A stretch of DNA of 64,000 nt from Paragordius varius (Eukaryota > Animalia > Nematomorpha): the NCBI GenBank assembly GCA_964247055.1, contig OZ176056.1, positions 9,491,576 to 9,555,575 of the forward strand, read 5' to 3'. The number at the start of each line of letters is the position of its first letter. Within the stretch, counting starts at the first letter, position 1. This document shows, one piece after another, positions 41,201 to 55,000 of this stretch. The position numbers and the translations under genes are program-made. Under the pieces are notes generated by a model that was given only the letters and a program-made list of their open reading frames with translations, was not told the origin of the DNA and did no database searches.

Positions 41201-44200
41201 TTTTTAGTGCACACTATATCGATTTTATGTAGCATACCTAATCGCTTTTAATTAAACAGCTAAAATTTGTTTATATATTTAATCAAATGATAATTTTTAT
41301 AAAACGGAAGAATACCATTATTCGGAATTATTTTAATTAAATTACGGTATAAACAATATTAAGCGTCTATTGAATATACTGAAAATAAATATACGGACAA
41401 AGCGTAAAAATATAAAGACAATTATTTTTTTCTAAAAGACAACCATACTTTTTTAAACTATAATTTTCCACATTAAGCTATTTAGTTACAATAATATAGA
41501 ATTGATTGTTAGTTGAATATATATTTCTATTTAACACTTAATTAAAACAATGAGTTATATTAAAATATATCATCATTTAAAAAGTATGGTTTTTTAGAAA
41601 AAACATGTCTTTATATTTTAACCTTTGGTCCGTATAATTTCAGTTTTTCCCGTAATTAAAATAAATTTTATGGTTAAACTTTAATATTCATACAGAGTTT
41701 ATAATAAGCAATATTATTTTTAGAGCGAAAAACACAATAGAAGTTTATGGACATGTGAACAATCTATTTATGGCAGTTTATATGAATGACCCTACAGCTT
41801 GGCGTTCCGGAGTCAAGAACGTTCATATCAAAGATTTTATGTAATATTGCGAAATTTTTACTCTATTGATTTTTTATGAAACCGCCCCTTTCGAATGGGT
41901 TATTATAAATTTTATCATGTTGTAAATCTAATTAATTTAAGATGGTTTAATAGTTTTATAGTAAAAATTAGAGTTATACCGACAAAGTGTAAAAATATAA
42001 AGAAAATATTTTTTAAGAGGCAACCATATTTTTAAACCTTGATTTTTCTAAATAAAACTGATTGTTTTAAACTAATTGAAATGTATTTTTGGTAGCACAA
42101 TCAATTATGTAGTTTACGATTGTGATTAAATATTTTATATATCAAAAATTAAGGTTTTAAAAATATGGTTGTCTTATGAAAAAAAATATTTGTCTTTATA
42201 TTTTTACGTTTTGTCCGTATAGTTTTGACTGTATTTATCCATTTAATCATTTACAGAAGGAATATGGTTTTATTATTTGTAGATAATACCTTTTAAATAC
42301 ATCATTAATAAACATCATTTTTAAATTATTATAGGAAAATTTGACTAGGACAAAACCTAAAAATATAAAAACCATTTTTTTTAAAGACAACCATACTTTT
42401 TGAATTTTAATTTTTATAATGATAACTTATTGTTTCAAACTATAAAATAGAAAATAAAGATTTAAATTAATAAAACAACAATCTATGTATTATACGATTT
42501 TACTTAAATACTTTTAGTATAAATTAAGGTCAAAAAAGCATCATTGTCTTTAATTTGTCTTTAATTTTTACATTTTGTCCGTATAATAATTTTTACTGTA
42601 AGTATAAATGGTTTAATTGCATATGTAAATAATGGGTGGGGTGATTAAAAAGTCGCACTTGACTTGTAAGTCAAGCGTGGCAAGTTGAGCAAGTTTACTT
42701 AAGCCAGCAAGTGTACAATTGAAGATCGGTGATACAAAAACACTTAAGTCAAGTCTTTTGCTTATGAATGTAACATTTTTGGCCACCCAATTCGAATTTT
42801 ACAAAAATTATTTTGATCATTTTCAGACAAAATTTATGAAATAAGGCACAAAAAGATATACAATTAACACAATATGCAATCATTGACGTTTTTTAAACTC
42901 ACTGGCAAGTTATTTATTTGATATTATAGAATTTTTTAAATATTGAGCCTGGGTAATAATTTTTAGATTGATGAAACCATTCGCCCTTAAAACACTTCCA
43001 ATTTCTTTATCGCATTACATTTTGTTTGGAGTCCATTTGCAAAATGGGAAGATGTTTATACAATATAATATAATTATTTTTAATTGATTGCAAATATTAC
43101 ATTCGAAATAAATTCTCTACATTGGTTAATAGTGAAGTAACCTTATAAACGAAGTTTAGAAATTTTGCAAGATTAATATTTAATTATTAATTTTAAGAAA
43201 TTTTCGAAAATCCATTTTTTCGCTGTCACGGAATTCATATATTTAGCATATTTTTGTATGCCATGTTATTAAATATTAGCAGAGTTTTTTTTTAAATTTA
43301 TTCTCTTTTGTATCCACCCAATGAAAAGATTAATTAGCCAAAATTTATCAAATTAATAATTTATAGCATTAAAGGTTTGAATTACATATAAAGCCTAAAT
43401 TTTATACATAAATAGTTTCCAAAATTTTATCAATATTTTTAAATCTGTCAAGTGTGCCCTACACCGCATTTGCAAAATCTTTAAGTGTTACTTAACATAT
43501 GATTTTTTATCACCTCCTTATCAAGTTTTCTTGCTTCACTTAAGTCGTGTAATGTTAAATTTTTTTTATCACATGAAAGCAAGCCATGACTTGAAAAACT
43601 TGCAAGTCAAGTCAAAAAAATTTTTTATTACCCGACCCATTGTATAAACATCTTCTCATCACAAATGGAATCCTAACAGAATGAGTAAATAGAAAAGATT
43701 TATGGGCGAATGGCTTCATCCTAAAAATTATTACCGGGCTTAATATTTAGAAAATCTATAATATTAAATAAGATACGTACCAGTGAGTTTGAGAAACTTC
43801 AATAAATGCATATTGTATTAAATGTTTATCTTTTTGTGCCTTATTTCATAAATTTTGGCTGAAAATGATCAAAATAATTTCCGTAAAATTCGAATTGGGT
43901 GGCAAACGAATGTTACATTCATAAGCAAAAGACTTGACTTAAGTGTTTTTGTATCACCGATCTTCAATTGTACACTTGCTGGCTTAAGTAAACTTGCTCA
44001 ACTTGCCACGCTTGATTCACAAGTCAAGTGCGACTTTTTTATCACCCCACCCAATGATTGTTTAAATTATGACAGACATCAAGTTTTGGGTTTTAGACTC
44101 AATTTTATAACAATTGATAATTTTTTTATTACTTTATTATTGGCAGTGTTTATTAAAACGTGACTAACCGCATTTAATGCAGTCCTTCACAGTCTTAAGC

Positions 44201-46568
44201 AGTCATTAAGCGATAATTTCTAAGAGAATTTTAAGAAAATATGCTTAATAATAAATAAAATATGCAATTCGTAAACTTCAAGAATATTTTTATTTATACA
44301 AATATATGTTGTCACATATAAACAGATTAGATACAGTAATATCGCTTTAAGTATTGTTATTAATCTTAATTTAGGGTCAACATAATTACAATCAAAAATA
44401 TAATTCAATTAATTCAGACTGATTATTTTTAGATAATTCATCTTACAGTAAAATTTGAAATGTTGTGACAAAACGTATATAAGGGAAATATTTTTTTTAA
44501 AAAACCGCTATGTTATAACTTAAATTTAAAACTCATTGTTTCCAACTGTAAAGCATAAAATATACCGGTATATTGGTAAAACTATCAATTATATATTTTA
44601 GAATCGTAATTCATGAATTTTATAGAAAAACAAAGATTTAAAAAGTATGGTGGTCACTAAAAAAGTTTTGTCCCTATATTTTTACGTCTTTATAATTTTT
44701 ACTGTTTAGGCCAGCCCATGCTCCAATAAATGATATCGCTATTCTTGAATTAACAGAAAAAGCTCCTTTAGATAATTTTATAAACCTAGTCTGTTTACCA
44801 GAAACGAATACTCCAATAGCTTCTACTGGACAAGATTGTTATGCAACTGGATGGGGTTATACTGAATTCAAAGAAAGTACCATTAAAACTTTTTTGCACA
44901 TTTTTTTTAATTTTTTCAAGCCATGTTTTAATTTAGGGGTGTCCAACATGCGGCCTTTCAAAATATTTCCGTAGTCGGCGAGAAATTTCAAATACAAAAT
45001 TTACACAAAAAAGTTAATTTGATTTTTTTAATAAACTTTCTGAATGCTTCATTCCGAACGGCAATGAACTAGCAAAAAATGTTAATATAAATGGTATATT
45101 TAGAGTCTTATGTACAATAAATATTTGAATGCTACCCCCTAGTTTTTTTGATTTTAAAATGCGGCCTGCAAACCCATGTGTGTGGGACACCCTGTTTAAA
45201 TATATTGATAGAGCAAATGAAATAGTAGAGTCTTAAAAAAGATATGGAAATGTTTCCATGTTCGGCCAAATCAGAAAATCACTTTTTTACCACATTAGGT
45301 GAAAATTAGTGATATTAAATACTTTTTGAATTACCCAAATTTATGTATTTCTATGGCAATATAGATTTTTTCATTTTTTTCACTTATAGATATGTTAGTT
45401 TGATTATTATTATAATTGCGATGGGATATATTTATATTCTAGATTATAACATAATGTCCTTTATTAGATTCTTTTAATAATATGATTTGAGATTAAATGA
45501 TGACGTAGTTGATTGAATTGAATATCCATTAGATTTTATGGAAATGATATAGTTTCAAATATGGATGTTTATCAAGCTAATCTGTTTCATTATTTCAAAC
45601 CTTCAATTTATAATTTTTTAGAAGGCAAAACCCCCGATAAAATGCAAGAAGTGTGCCTCCCTTTTGTTTCAAACGAAGATTGCAAAACGAAATATGAGGG
45701 AACTTCCGTGAAAGTAACGAATCAAGTTTGCGCTGGAGTTGAAGATGGCACGCGAAACATTTGTCATGTAATACAAAACATTTTATGAATTTTCAAACAG
45801 TACACAATTTTTAATTATAAAAATTATATATTATATGATCATTATCTGATTGATAAGTATCTTAGCAAATGCTATTAGAATATTATTTTAGGGTCAATAG
45901 GCGGGATGTACAGTAAAAATTAAAATTATACGTACAAAATGTAAAAATATAAAGACAATGATACTTTTTGAATCTTGATTTTTTTCAATATATCTGATTG
46001 TTTTAACCTGAAAAATATAAAATAGAAATGAGAATTGTTAGCACAATCAATCACGTAGTTGACGATTGTAAAATATTTTATGTAACAAAAATTAAGGTTT
46101 TAAGAAAGTTTCTTTTGTAACAAAATATTTGTCTTTATATTTTTAAGTTTTGTCCGTATAATTTCATTTTTTACTGTAAATTAATCTTATTGTTTATAAA
46201 AAGTCGTCTATTAAATTAAAGATTGATTTTTGAATCATGTTTACAACATTTAGCATGATTTCTGGTAACCTATTTATACTAATAAACACATTCAGGAAAT
46301 TTTATATAATTTAAGATATAGATAAATTTGTAAAAACAATTTTATTTTCAATTTTAAGGTAACTTTAAACATTAATTTTTATTGCGCGATGTTTTAGGGA
46401 GATTCTGGAGGTCCATTGGTGTGTCGAAATCATGTGAGCGGGAAATGGCATTTGTATGGACTAACGAGTTATAATATGGCTGGAAATTGCTTCAGTCCAA
46501 AGCATCCTCCTATCTTCGCCTCAGTCAAAGAATATATGCCATGGATTCAATCCATTGTCAAATCATAA
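38279..46568 (+). CDS. Secreted S1A (chymotrypsin-fold) serine protease; 7 exons found, one junction out of phase
   Basis: Exons 38279-38342, 38981-39096, 40481-40572, 41724-41841, 44710-44876, 45622-45767, 46398-46568. Signal peptide; activation site SQR|IVHG; WPWQ, DCGAVLI, TAAHC, NDIAIL, ATGWG, VCAG, GDSGGPLVC. AATAAA at 46696. The 41841/44710 junction has a 1-nt phase mismatch. Confidence 0.9.
42634..44052. mobile_element. Non-autonomous DNA transposon with ~410-bp TIRs, GGG...CCC ends and AAT 3-bp TSD
   Basis: AAT|GGGTGGGGTGATTAAAAAGTCGCAC...GTGCGACTTTTTTATCACCCCACCC|AAT. Arms 42634-~43043 and ~43640-44052. Confidence 0.85.
44934..45194. mobile_element. hAT-Charlie-like MITE
   Basis: TAGGGGTGTCCAACATGCGGCC...GCGGCCTGC...GGGACACCCTG. 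Related fragments near 13750 and 53145. TSD not clear. Confidence 0.55.
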
Positions 46569-47826
46569 AACTGAAAATGTTTAAAATGCCTTTTAGGAAA
46601 AATTTGATCAATTTTGGGATTTAATATAAAACAATAATTACATTAACATGAACTTGGAATATTGATCTTTTTACTTACTATTATTTAATATGTAGAATAA
46701 ATAATTTATAAAAATTTAGTTGAATTATGCATTTGGAAACATATTTATTTATGAAAGAATTTAAAATAATTTGTAATCGACAAAAAACACTAGAGATTTT
46801 CGTGTAATTAATTATAGTCATACGTAGGTACATCTACCATTAATTAACTGGCCTGTAATTACTTGAAATATCCTGGATAGAGAGAAACTCTAATATTCTA
46901 TAAAACGAAAAGTTTCATTACAACATACTATACAAAAAGTAATTAAATAAATGGTTCTTTTAAAAAGTCATTTAAACATTTTTTACCTTTATATTTTGTT
47001 CATAAACTATATAAAAAAATTGTAAAATTTGGGGTGGTATTAAAAATAATCGTTATCTTTTAGGAAAATAATTTGTCTTTTACCTCTAACGTTGTCTGTT
47101 CATATTAATTAATATGTTATTTATAAACTAAATCACATTGAACAGCTAACTAAAAGGAGTGAATTAATAAGGATACCCATTTTATATATTATTCCATAGG
47201 TGGAACCTTCAAGAAAAAGTAATGTGCAAAACAATATTATTATACATAGTATCAAGGTAAGCTATGACCGAAGATAGAAAATAACTGGACTAAAAATTAA
47301 AATTATACAGACAAAACGTTTATTAAGACTACTATTTCATATCAAAACACAATTTTGTTTATATCTGCATTTTTATAATATAACCGATTGATTTAAACTG
47401 TAAAATATATAATAGATTTAATTGGTAACTCAATCCTTATGTTTACGATTGTAATTAAATGATTTTTATAGGATAAATTAGGTTTAAAAAGGTATATTCT
47501 TTTGAAAAAACATTTTTAGCTCTATATTTTTACTTTTTGGTAGAATTTCAATTTGTATTATTTTGATTAATGTTGAATAAATCTCTAAATAAACATTTTA
47601 ACATTGCATTTACAGTTAGGATCACTGAAAAAACAATCATGATATCTTATTACTCTTTATATTATTAACCTAAGGCAACTGTATTCATTTAATTTTTAAT
47701 AAAATGAAATATTTTTTTCCTAAAGACGCTGTAAATATCCCACTAACAACGGTTTATACCAAACCCCAATAAGCCTTTTGTTTCCCAAATATATGTTATG
47801 ACAGAAAAGCCAATTATATGGTTCCA

Positions 47827-47864
<38 letters not shown>

Positions 47865-49008
47865 TAGTATAAAATGTCTTAATTTTCCTCATATGGGGTA
47901 TTCTTTTAAAAAGGCAAACATTAGTGGACAACCTTTTTAAAAAACCAGCTATGTTCCACGTAACATGTCATCATTTTGTCCAATCTTTTAAAATCTGGAA
48001 TAAATTTATTGAACATTTATATCATGGGACACCAAATTTAATATTTTAAGCCATGCGGTTAATTACTTTTGTTAAAGGCTGTCCAAAATATAATGAAACG
48101 CATTTGGTAAAAACCACATCTTTTTCTTTATAAAAATTGATGAATAGTTCCGCAAAGGAGATAATTTTATATGCGATGCCAAAATATACATTTAGGAGCA
48201 TCTTTTGCAGGAAGCTGGGTGTGCCCTAAAAGGTAGGGACTTATAAATTTTAATTAAAATAGCATAAATTATTCAAAAATATTTTTTTTCACAATAAGTT
48301 AGATATCATTTAAATTATGTAAAAAAAAATAACCTAAAAAGAGAGTTGGAAACATTATTTTAAATCTTTTTCTATTCTGGCTACAAATTACTATAAAGTT
48401 TATCGTTATGATCCTCATTTCTCGCCTTATGTTTTTTGTTTTACGGTATATGTTAAATAGGCTCATTACTTTGCAAAAATCTTAATAACACACAGTGTTG
48501 CTTTGTGATTTTTTACGGTAAAAATTGAAATTATACGGACAAAACGTAAAAATATAAAGATTTTTTTCTAATAGAACAACATTTTTTCTAATTTTTATAA
48601 TGATAACGCATTGTTTCAAACTATAAAGTAGGAAATAAAGATGTAAATTGATAGAAATCAATTATGTATTTTACAATTTCAATTAAATAATTTATATAGT
48701 TTAAATTAAAATTTAAAAAAGATTGTCTTGTAGAAAAAAATGGTTTTTATATTTGACGTTTTCTTCGTATAAAAATTTTTACTGTATATTTGAGGCTAAT
48801 TGGGTTTATATAAAATTGAAATTTAAACGTCTCCAAAAATTACTTTTTTAATAATAAAAAAAAGACAAAAGAACAATTTATTATTCTATTTATACTTCAA
48901 AAAAATCGATTGTAATAATTAAAAAATTGGATTAAAATTATGATGACACAAATGAAAATGATTTAATATTTGATAAAAATATGATTAAAAAATAAGGAGT
49001 ATTTATAT

Positions 49009-52000
49009 TTAATGTTTCCGGACAATCCACGGATGAAGAAGCGAAGTCTCATCAAAATTCAGGTTAGCATCCTTTGTACCATCTATACAGAATAGTATAT
49101 ATATATTTATAATATTTACAGTTAAATTCACCCTTAAAAAAATTATAGGTTTTTAGCTTAAAAATTAATTATATATTTTATATTTTTAAAAAAGCAAATC
49201 TTAAAATAATATTAAAAAAATAATAAACTATGCCAAAAGAATTAATTTCATATTAATAATGAGTTATATTAGCCCGAAAACACATAATTTATTTTTAGGA
49301 TAAATTTGAATTGTTTAAGAGAGAATTTCAATTGTAAATGGTATACTATAAATCTTTTGTAGAAAAATATTATTATACGGACATTAAAACATAATGACGA
49401 ATTGACCATATTACCTTCATTTTTTAGATAAAATTCATCGTTTAGTGCAAAATAATAAATGGTTTAAATTAGGAATACTTTTTTACATTTCCAAGGGTAG
49501 TTTATATTAAAAAATCATGGGTTTATAAATATGATCGTATATGAGATTAATATTCTATTTGATATTTCAATTACTTGTTAGGAGACTTACAACCACAGCT
49601 ATAACTGCACAAAGTATGAAGCCAATCGGGGTAACCAGGAGATAAGATAGCGAATACATCTTACTAATATAATAATATATTATATAAATTCAAAAATAAC
49701 TCATAGTAAACCTGATGATGGGGAAAATATATAGCCATGATCCACGTAATAACTCCTTATCAAGAAAATTATCCAAATATATCTAATTTAAATTACTACC
49801 TATTTATCAGTATTAAGATTTTTTAATTATTTTTGGTTGACTTTGCAATATTATTATTTGGGCCAATATCAGATAATCAAAATAACCTTTTTCTTGTTTT
49901 TACCGCATTTATAATTTCGATACCATTTCAATGTGAGTGCGCAACATTTTAATCATCATTAGCCCTGGAAAGGCGAGTGTTAAAGCTTTTACTTGATTTT
50001 TAACTTTAATATAAAATGAAAAAAAATCTAATATTTTTTCATCCTGGAGTTATTAATTGAATACACGAATAATAAACAATTGTTTTTTTGTGCGCTCCGG
50101 TAAGAATAAAATATATACATTTTGTAATAACTTACAAAAGTATGTAGGAACCTATACCATCACCAATCGGATTGAAGTTTTCTAAATGATAAAGAATGAA
50201 TAATCTATTGTTCATAAATTATGCAAAATATAGTGTAAATTATGGTTGTATCGTAAACTATATGGATTATTATCAAATATCCGCGTAATTATAAAATAAA
50301 ATTATAAAAATATTTTAAAGACATTTGGTTTTAAATGTTATTATAATAGGATAAAAAAATACTTGGTAAAATGTATTTTGGAGCCCCTTGTATTGGAAGA
50401 GAAAGGTTGGAATTTAATATATGCTCATGTAAGTCCAAACAATATTCGGATGCATTACTATAATTGTATTTCAAATCATTATTTAATCTTAATGTTAAAA
50501 ATTTTGATAAAATTAATTATGTGTATTAAATTTAACGAATATCAATATCTTTTTTTAAAATTTATTAACTTAACCGAAAAATAAATTCTGACCCATATAT
50601 GTTAGTGCTGTTTATTCCATTCGAGAGTATTTGAGGCGAGGGCATCGGCAAATAGGGCGGCACAATATACTTAGCGTATTTCATAAAACCAATGCTGATA
50701 AGCAAACAAATGATATCTGTACAAAATTTTCCGGCTAACATTCCCTATCAAAAAAAATCACATAAAATATCTTTATATATAATGCCTTATTAAAGATTAA
50801 TAAATATATTAAAATAACGATATTTCGTGTTTTGCAATAAAATATACTGTGTGCGATTTACAGTAAAAATTTTAATTATAGTGACAAAACGTAAAAATAT
50901 AAAGATAATTTTTTTTCAAAAGACAACCAAACTTTTTTAAACCTTACTTTTCTTAAACAAAATATATAACTACAATTGTAAAATATATAATTGATTATTA
51001 TTTTACCTATATACGTATCAATGTCAACTTTGCAGTTTAAAATGAGTTATATAAAAAAAATCAAGATTTAAAAAGTATAGTTGTCTTTTAGAAAAAAATA
51101 TTGGTCTTTATATTTTTACGTTTTGTCCGCATAATTTCAGTTTTTACTGTATACTAGCTTATTCATTGTTGATCAATTTGTAATGCAAGATCGTGTGTTT
51201 TTAAACAAATTTAGTCCATAATTAACTAAGATAGGAAAAAATTGTTTGATTTCAGCATTTTGCTGTTTTTTCCTTACACTAACTACTGTGCTCAATTGAT
51301 CAACAATAAAGTGAATAAACTAACTTAAATGCGCATATGATCAAACGATATTTCCAGTACAGATACAATAATATATGGAGACAACATGCAAAAAATAAAA
51401 GACATATATTATAGCCATACTTTTTCATTAGTATTTTGTTATCATTCATTGTTTTGGGTTGAAATAGGCAATTGAGCATTAGAAAAAAATGAAAAACAGA
51501 AAAAGCGTAAAATTAAAAGACAAATATTTTTTTATATAAAAGACAACCATATCATATATCTTAATTTTCATATAAATTATTTAAGTTAAAAAATATAAAA
51601 CTGATTGTGTTACAATGTGTTTTGACGTCTCTATTTCCTTTGCAGTTTATGACAATCAGTTAAATTGAAAAAATCTAGTTTAAAAAAGATAGCGGTCTTT
51701 TGAAAAATACAGTCTTAATGTTATATCCTTGTCTCTAATTTTAATTTTTACTGTAAAAAACTGGTAAAAGGGCATATGGGATGATATATTTGGACCAAAC
51801 AAGTATGTATGGAAAAATAAAACCTATTCAGCTTCTTTATTAAATATTTTAATAAAATAGATTTCTAATTTTATGATGAATATGTTATCGACAAAGCTGC
51901 CATTTTTGTGATATATGTACTGTTGCTAAAATATTTGTGTTAAAAAGCTAGTAACAAATGAACAATCAGAAATTTTAATTAAAATGAGATATGTAACCTT

Positions 52001-55000
52001 GTAATTTACCCAAGGCACAAACATTCCCAAGAAGAAAATGGCCAATTCTTGTCCACCAAAAGCACCGTTAATGGCCATGGCCGCCTATATGTTGAAATCA
52101 TTAACAGTGGTATTAATATGATTGATTTAAACAATATTAACTTTAAATTAATATATATGACTTCAAATAATTTAAATATATTTAATTTATCGAAACTCAT
52201 ATAAATCATATAGATTTATATTCAATATAAATCATTGATTTGCAAGCTATGTACATTTTGATGCACATATAAAAGTTTTAGCGAAAATCTTTACAATATG
52301 GCAGCAAACGCTTTCTTGTGTTTACTTTTAAGCAGCGTGGCCCCTATTTTTCTGCTCCTGAGAGTATAAGGGTTTCTTAAACCAAAAATACTAAATTACT
52401 TTTTACAATAAAAATTTGGTCATTACCAAGATGTCAGTAAGGATGTACTGATTCTTTATGTTTAAAAACTACCATTATAAATGACATGCTATTAAATGAT
52501 ATGTAATAATAGTATTAAATGTACGTTTAAAAGTCCTTCGGCGTTTTGTACCAAGTAACCAAACGCTATCACCAGCACACCGAATATCATTGCTAGAAAA
52601 ATAAAAAGTATGAATTATATATTTTTAATAGTAATAAGAAGCCACAATATAGGACACTGTTTAGTTAAAATTGTATCGTGAGCTGTTTCGTTTTCCAAAT
52701 TTTACCCTTTACACCCCAATATTTGAAATATACAAATGAAGCCAAAAAAATAATCATTTAACAAAAAAATTTACCAATGATGACAGGAAATATAGTAGAT
52801 AGCTTTCTATTTTTCTTTATTCTGGTCATGACAGATGGAATTAATGGGATTAAAAAGTCCTCCCAACACACGGCTGCCAATGAATTGAAACTCGATGATA
52901 ACGTGCTATTTTTCATGTATAGAATAAGGCACATTGCAATACAAATATAGTATGAATAAATATACATTTCTTGATTTTTATTATGTATTGACAGATAACA
53001 TATACAGCAAAGAGAATCATTAATTGCTAAGAGCAGTAAAAAGTGTAAAACTAACTATATAACAATAGTGCCCTTTGCTTTTTATGCTATCTGTCAAAAT
53101 TAATCAAATAATAGCAATGTATACTTATGTATACTGTAAATTCAGGGTCCAACATGCGACTTATGTGCGACCTGCGAAAATTTTGGAAAAAGCACAAATT
53201 ATGCTCATAATTTAATAAAATGGAAGTTTCTTACATAAATTATCAATATCTATCTATTCCATAGGCAACGAACTAGAAAAATTGTCATATTGTGTATGCA
53301 TTTAACAGTTATATGTTTGAAAACTTGCCAATGTGTCAAAGAGCTATGGTATATATCGATATTATATGGTGCACCGCCCATTAGCAGTTTAATGCAGCTT
53401 TTTTTGATTGTTTGGTGAGTAACACTGTTATAAATTATCAAGCTACCAATATTTCATAAATTGATCCCGATTTAAACTTATATCAGATCAAGGTTATATC
53501 AGATTCATATAAGTAATTATTTTTTATGTGTCTTATTATTTAGATAATATATTATAAATGTGTACTTGGAAAATTAAATATTGATAAACAATGTTATAAA
53601 AAATAATTTTAGATGAAATGGTTACCTTAATGCACCGCTAATAAGGCATGCGAGGAATAGGCCATTTAATCCAATCAAATCTTTAAAAGACTGTAAAGCA
53701 AAGATTGGGAGTAACTAATTTAAAAAAATGATAGGTTAAAAATTATAAAGTATCAAAATATTTGTCGACATAAATAGATCATGGTAAGAGCGGTAAAAAG
53801 ATTTATTGTTAGTAATTTTGATTCAGAATTTTTCTTACATATTAATCGGTCTGGTTATAACTACCAATGTTAATAAAGTATTAAAATGAGGCAAATAGTT
53901 TTATTTCCTTAAGTTAAGCGATTACTTAGTTAGCGCATAAAATATTTTTTCAACGTAAATTTATGGCTAAATTACCATGAGCCCAAAAAATAAAAAATAT
54001 TTCATAATAAGAATGTCCTTTAATACATAGTTAAACATTTTAATTATATTTTTTAATTAAATCAATGTTTAATTAGAGCGCAGAAATTGAAATTACATTT
54101 ATTTCCTTCATAAAACATCCAAATATATGCAATGAAATATTTTAAATTACCAAATCCTTTTTGTCGAGAACGTTGAGTGAGAGCGGATCACAGTATCGGT
54201 AAGCGGCCAACATAATGAATCCCAGCGATGAAAGTGTCAATATCAGTAAAAGCAGCATGGGCAACGTAATATACAAAGTTCTACATATAAATAATATGAA
54301 ATTGAATTATAGAAATATGGCAAAAAAATTTTGTCGTTCAAATTCCAAATAATTTAGGCAAATAATTAAAACAAGTTTGCTGTTTAAGTAGGCATATTTA
54401 ATTCAATTCCTTATATGGCCATTAACAAAATCACGAACCTCTGAGCATCTTTAATGGAAGGCAAGGCGACGTATCTTTGAACCGAAGGTTGAAAAACTCC
54501 ATATGCCCGAATGTTCAGAAATAAAATCCCAAAAAATATTGTCCATACACTTTGGAACACAGTTGGGTTAGGATTAAAACTAAATAGTAAAGATTTGATT
54601 AATAAAGCAAGCAAACAAATATTATTAGATATCTGATGCCTGGACAACTGTTAGAATATGATCTTTTTATGTAAAGATAAATGGTATTTTTATAAATAAA
54701 TAGGCTAATACCTATTTTTAAACAACATTAATTCCCATTAAACGGTTGCTTATTTCACACTATAGTTGGGCAATTTGGAAAACAATAGTGTATGGAAAAA
54801 GCAACAAATTAAATAAACAATCTTATTTTATTCGATACACTACTGTGTTGCAAATTGCCTGAGAAAACAACCATTAAAATACATACTGTAAATCTAAATC
54901 ACAATTTATCTAAACCTTAAATTTATTATAATTCATAACACCTCTCTTTGTGATTTCTTTTTATTTTATAATATTAGTTCATGGATATATAATAAAAGTT

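Larger units (their letters stand above)
38640..46176. mobile_element. Cluster of ~10 copies of a ~260-290-bp Tc1/mariner-type MITE in the protease introns (about 20 copies window-wide)
   Basis: TA|CAGTAAAAATTGAAATTATACGGACAAAACGTAAAAATATAAAGACAA...TTGTCTTTATATTTTTACGTTTTGTCCGTATAATTTCAATTTTTACTG|TA. Clean copies: 38640-38906, 39272-39562, 44446-44704, 45911-46176, 48516-48784, 50861-51149. Others approximate: 4460-4734, 5936-6218, 7350-7645, 8095-8340, 19020-19262, 39826-40113, 40193-40470, 40675-40960, 41325-41652, 41955-42231, 42335-42598, 47290-47555, 51490-51753. Confidence 0.9.

Noticed and set aside
43714-43737. LHPKNYYR as the missing protease micro-exon
   Set aside because: It has no AG/GT boundaries and is part of the TIR (reverse complement of ~42948-42990).
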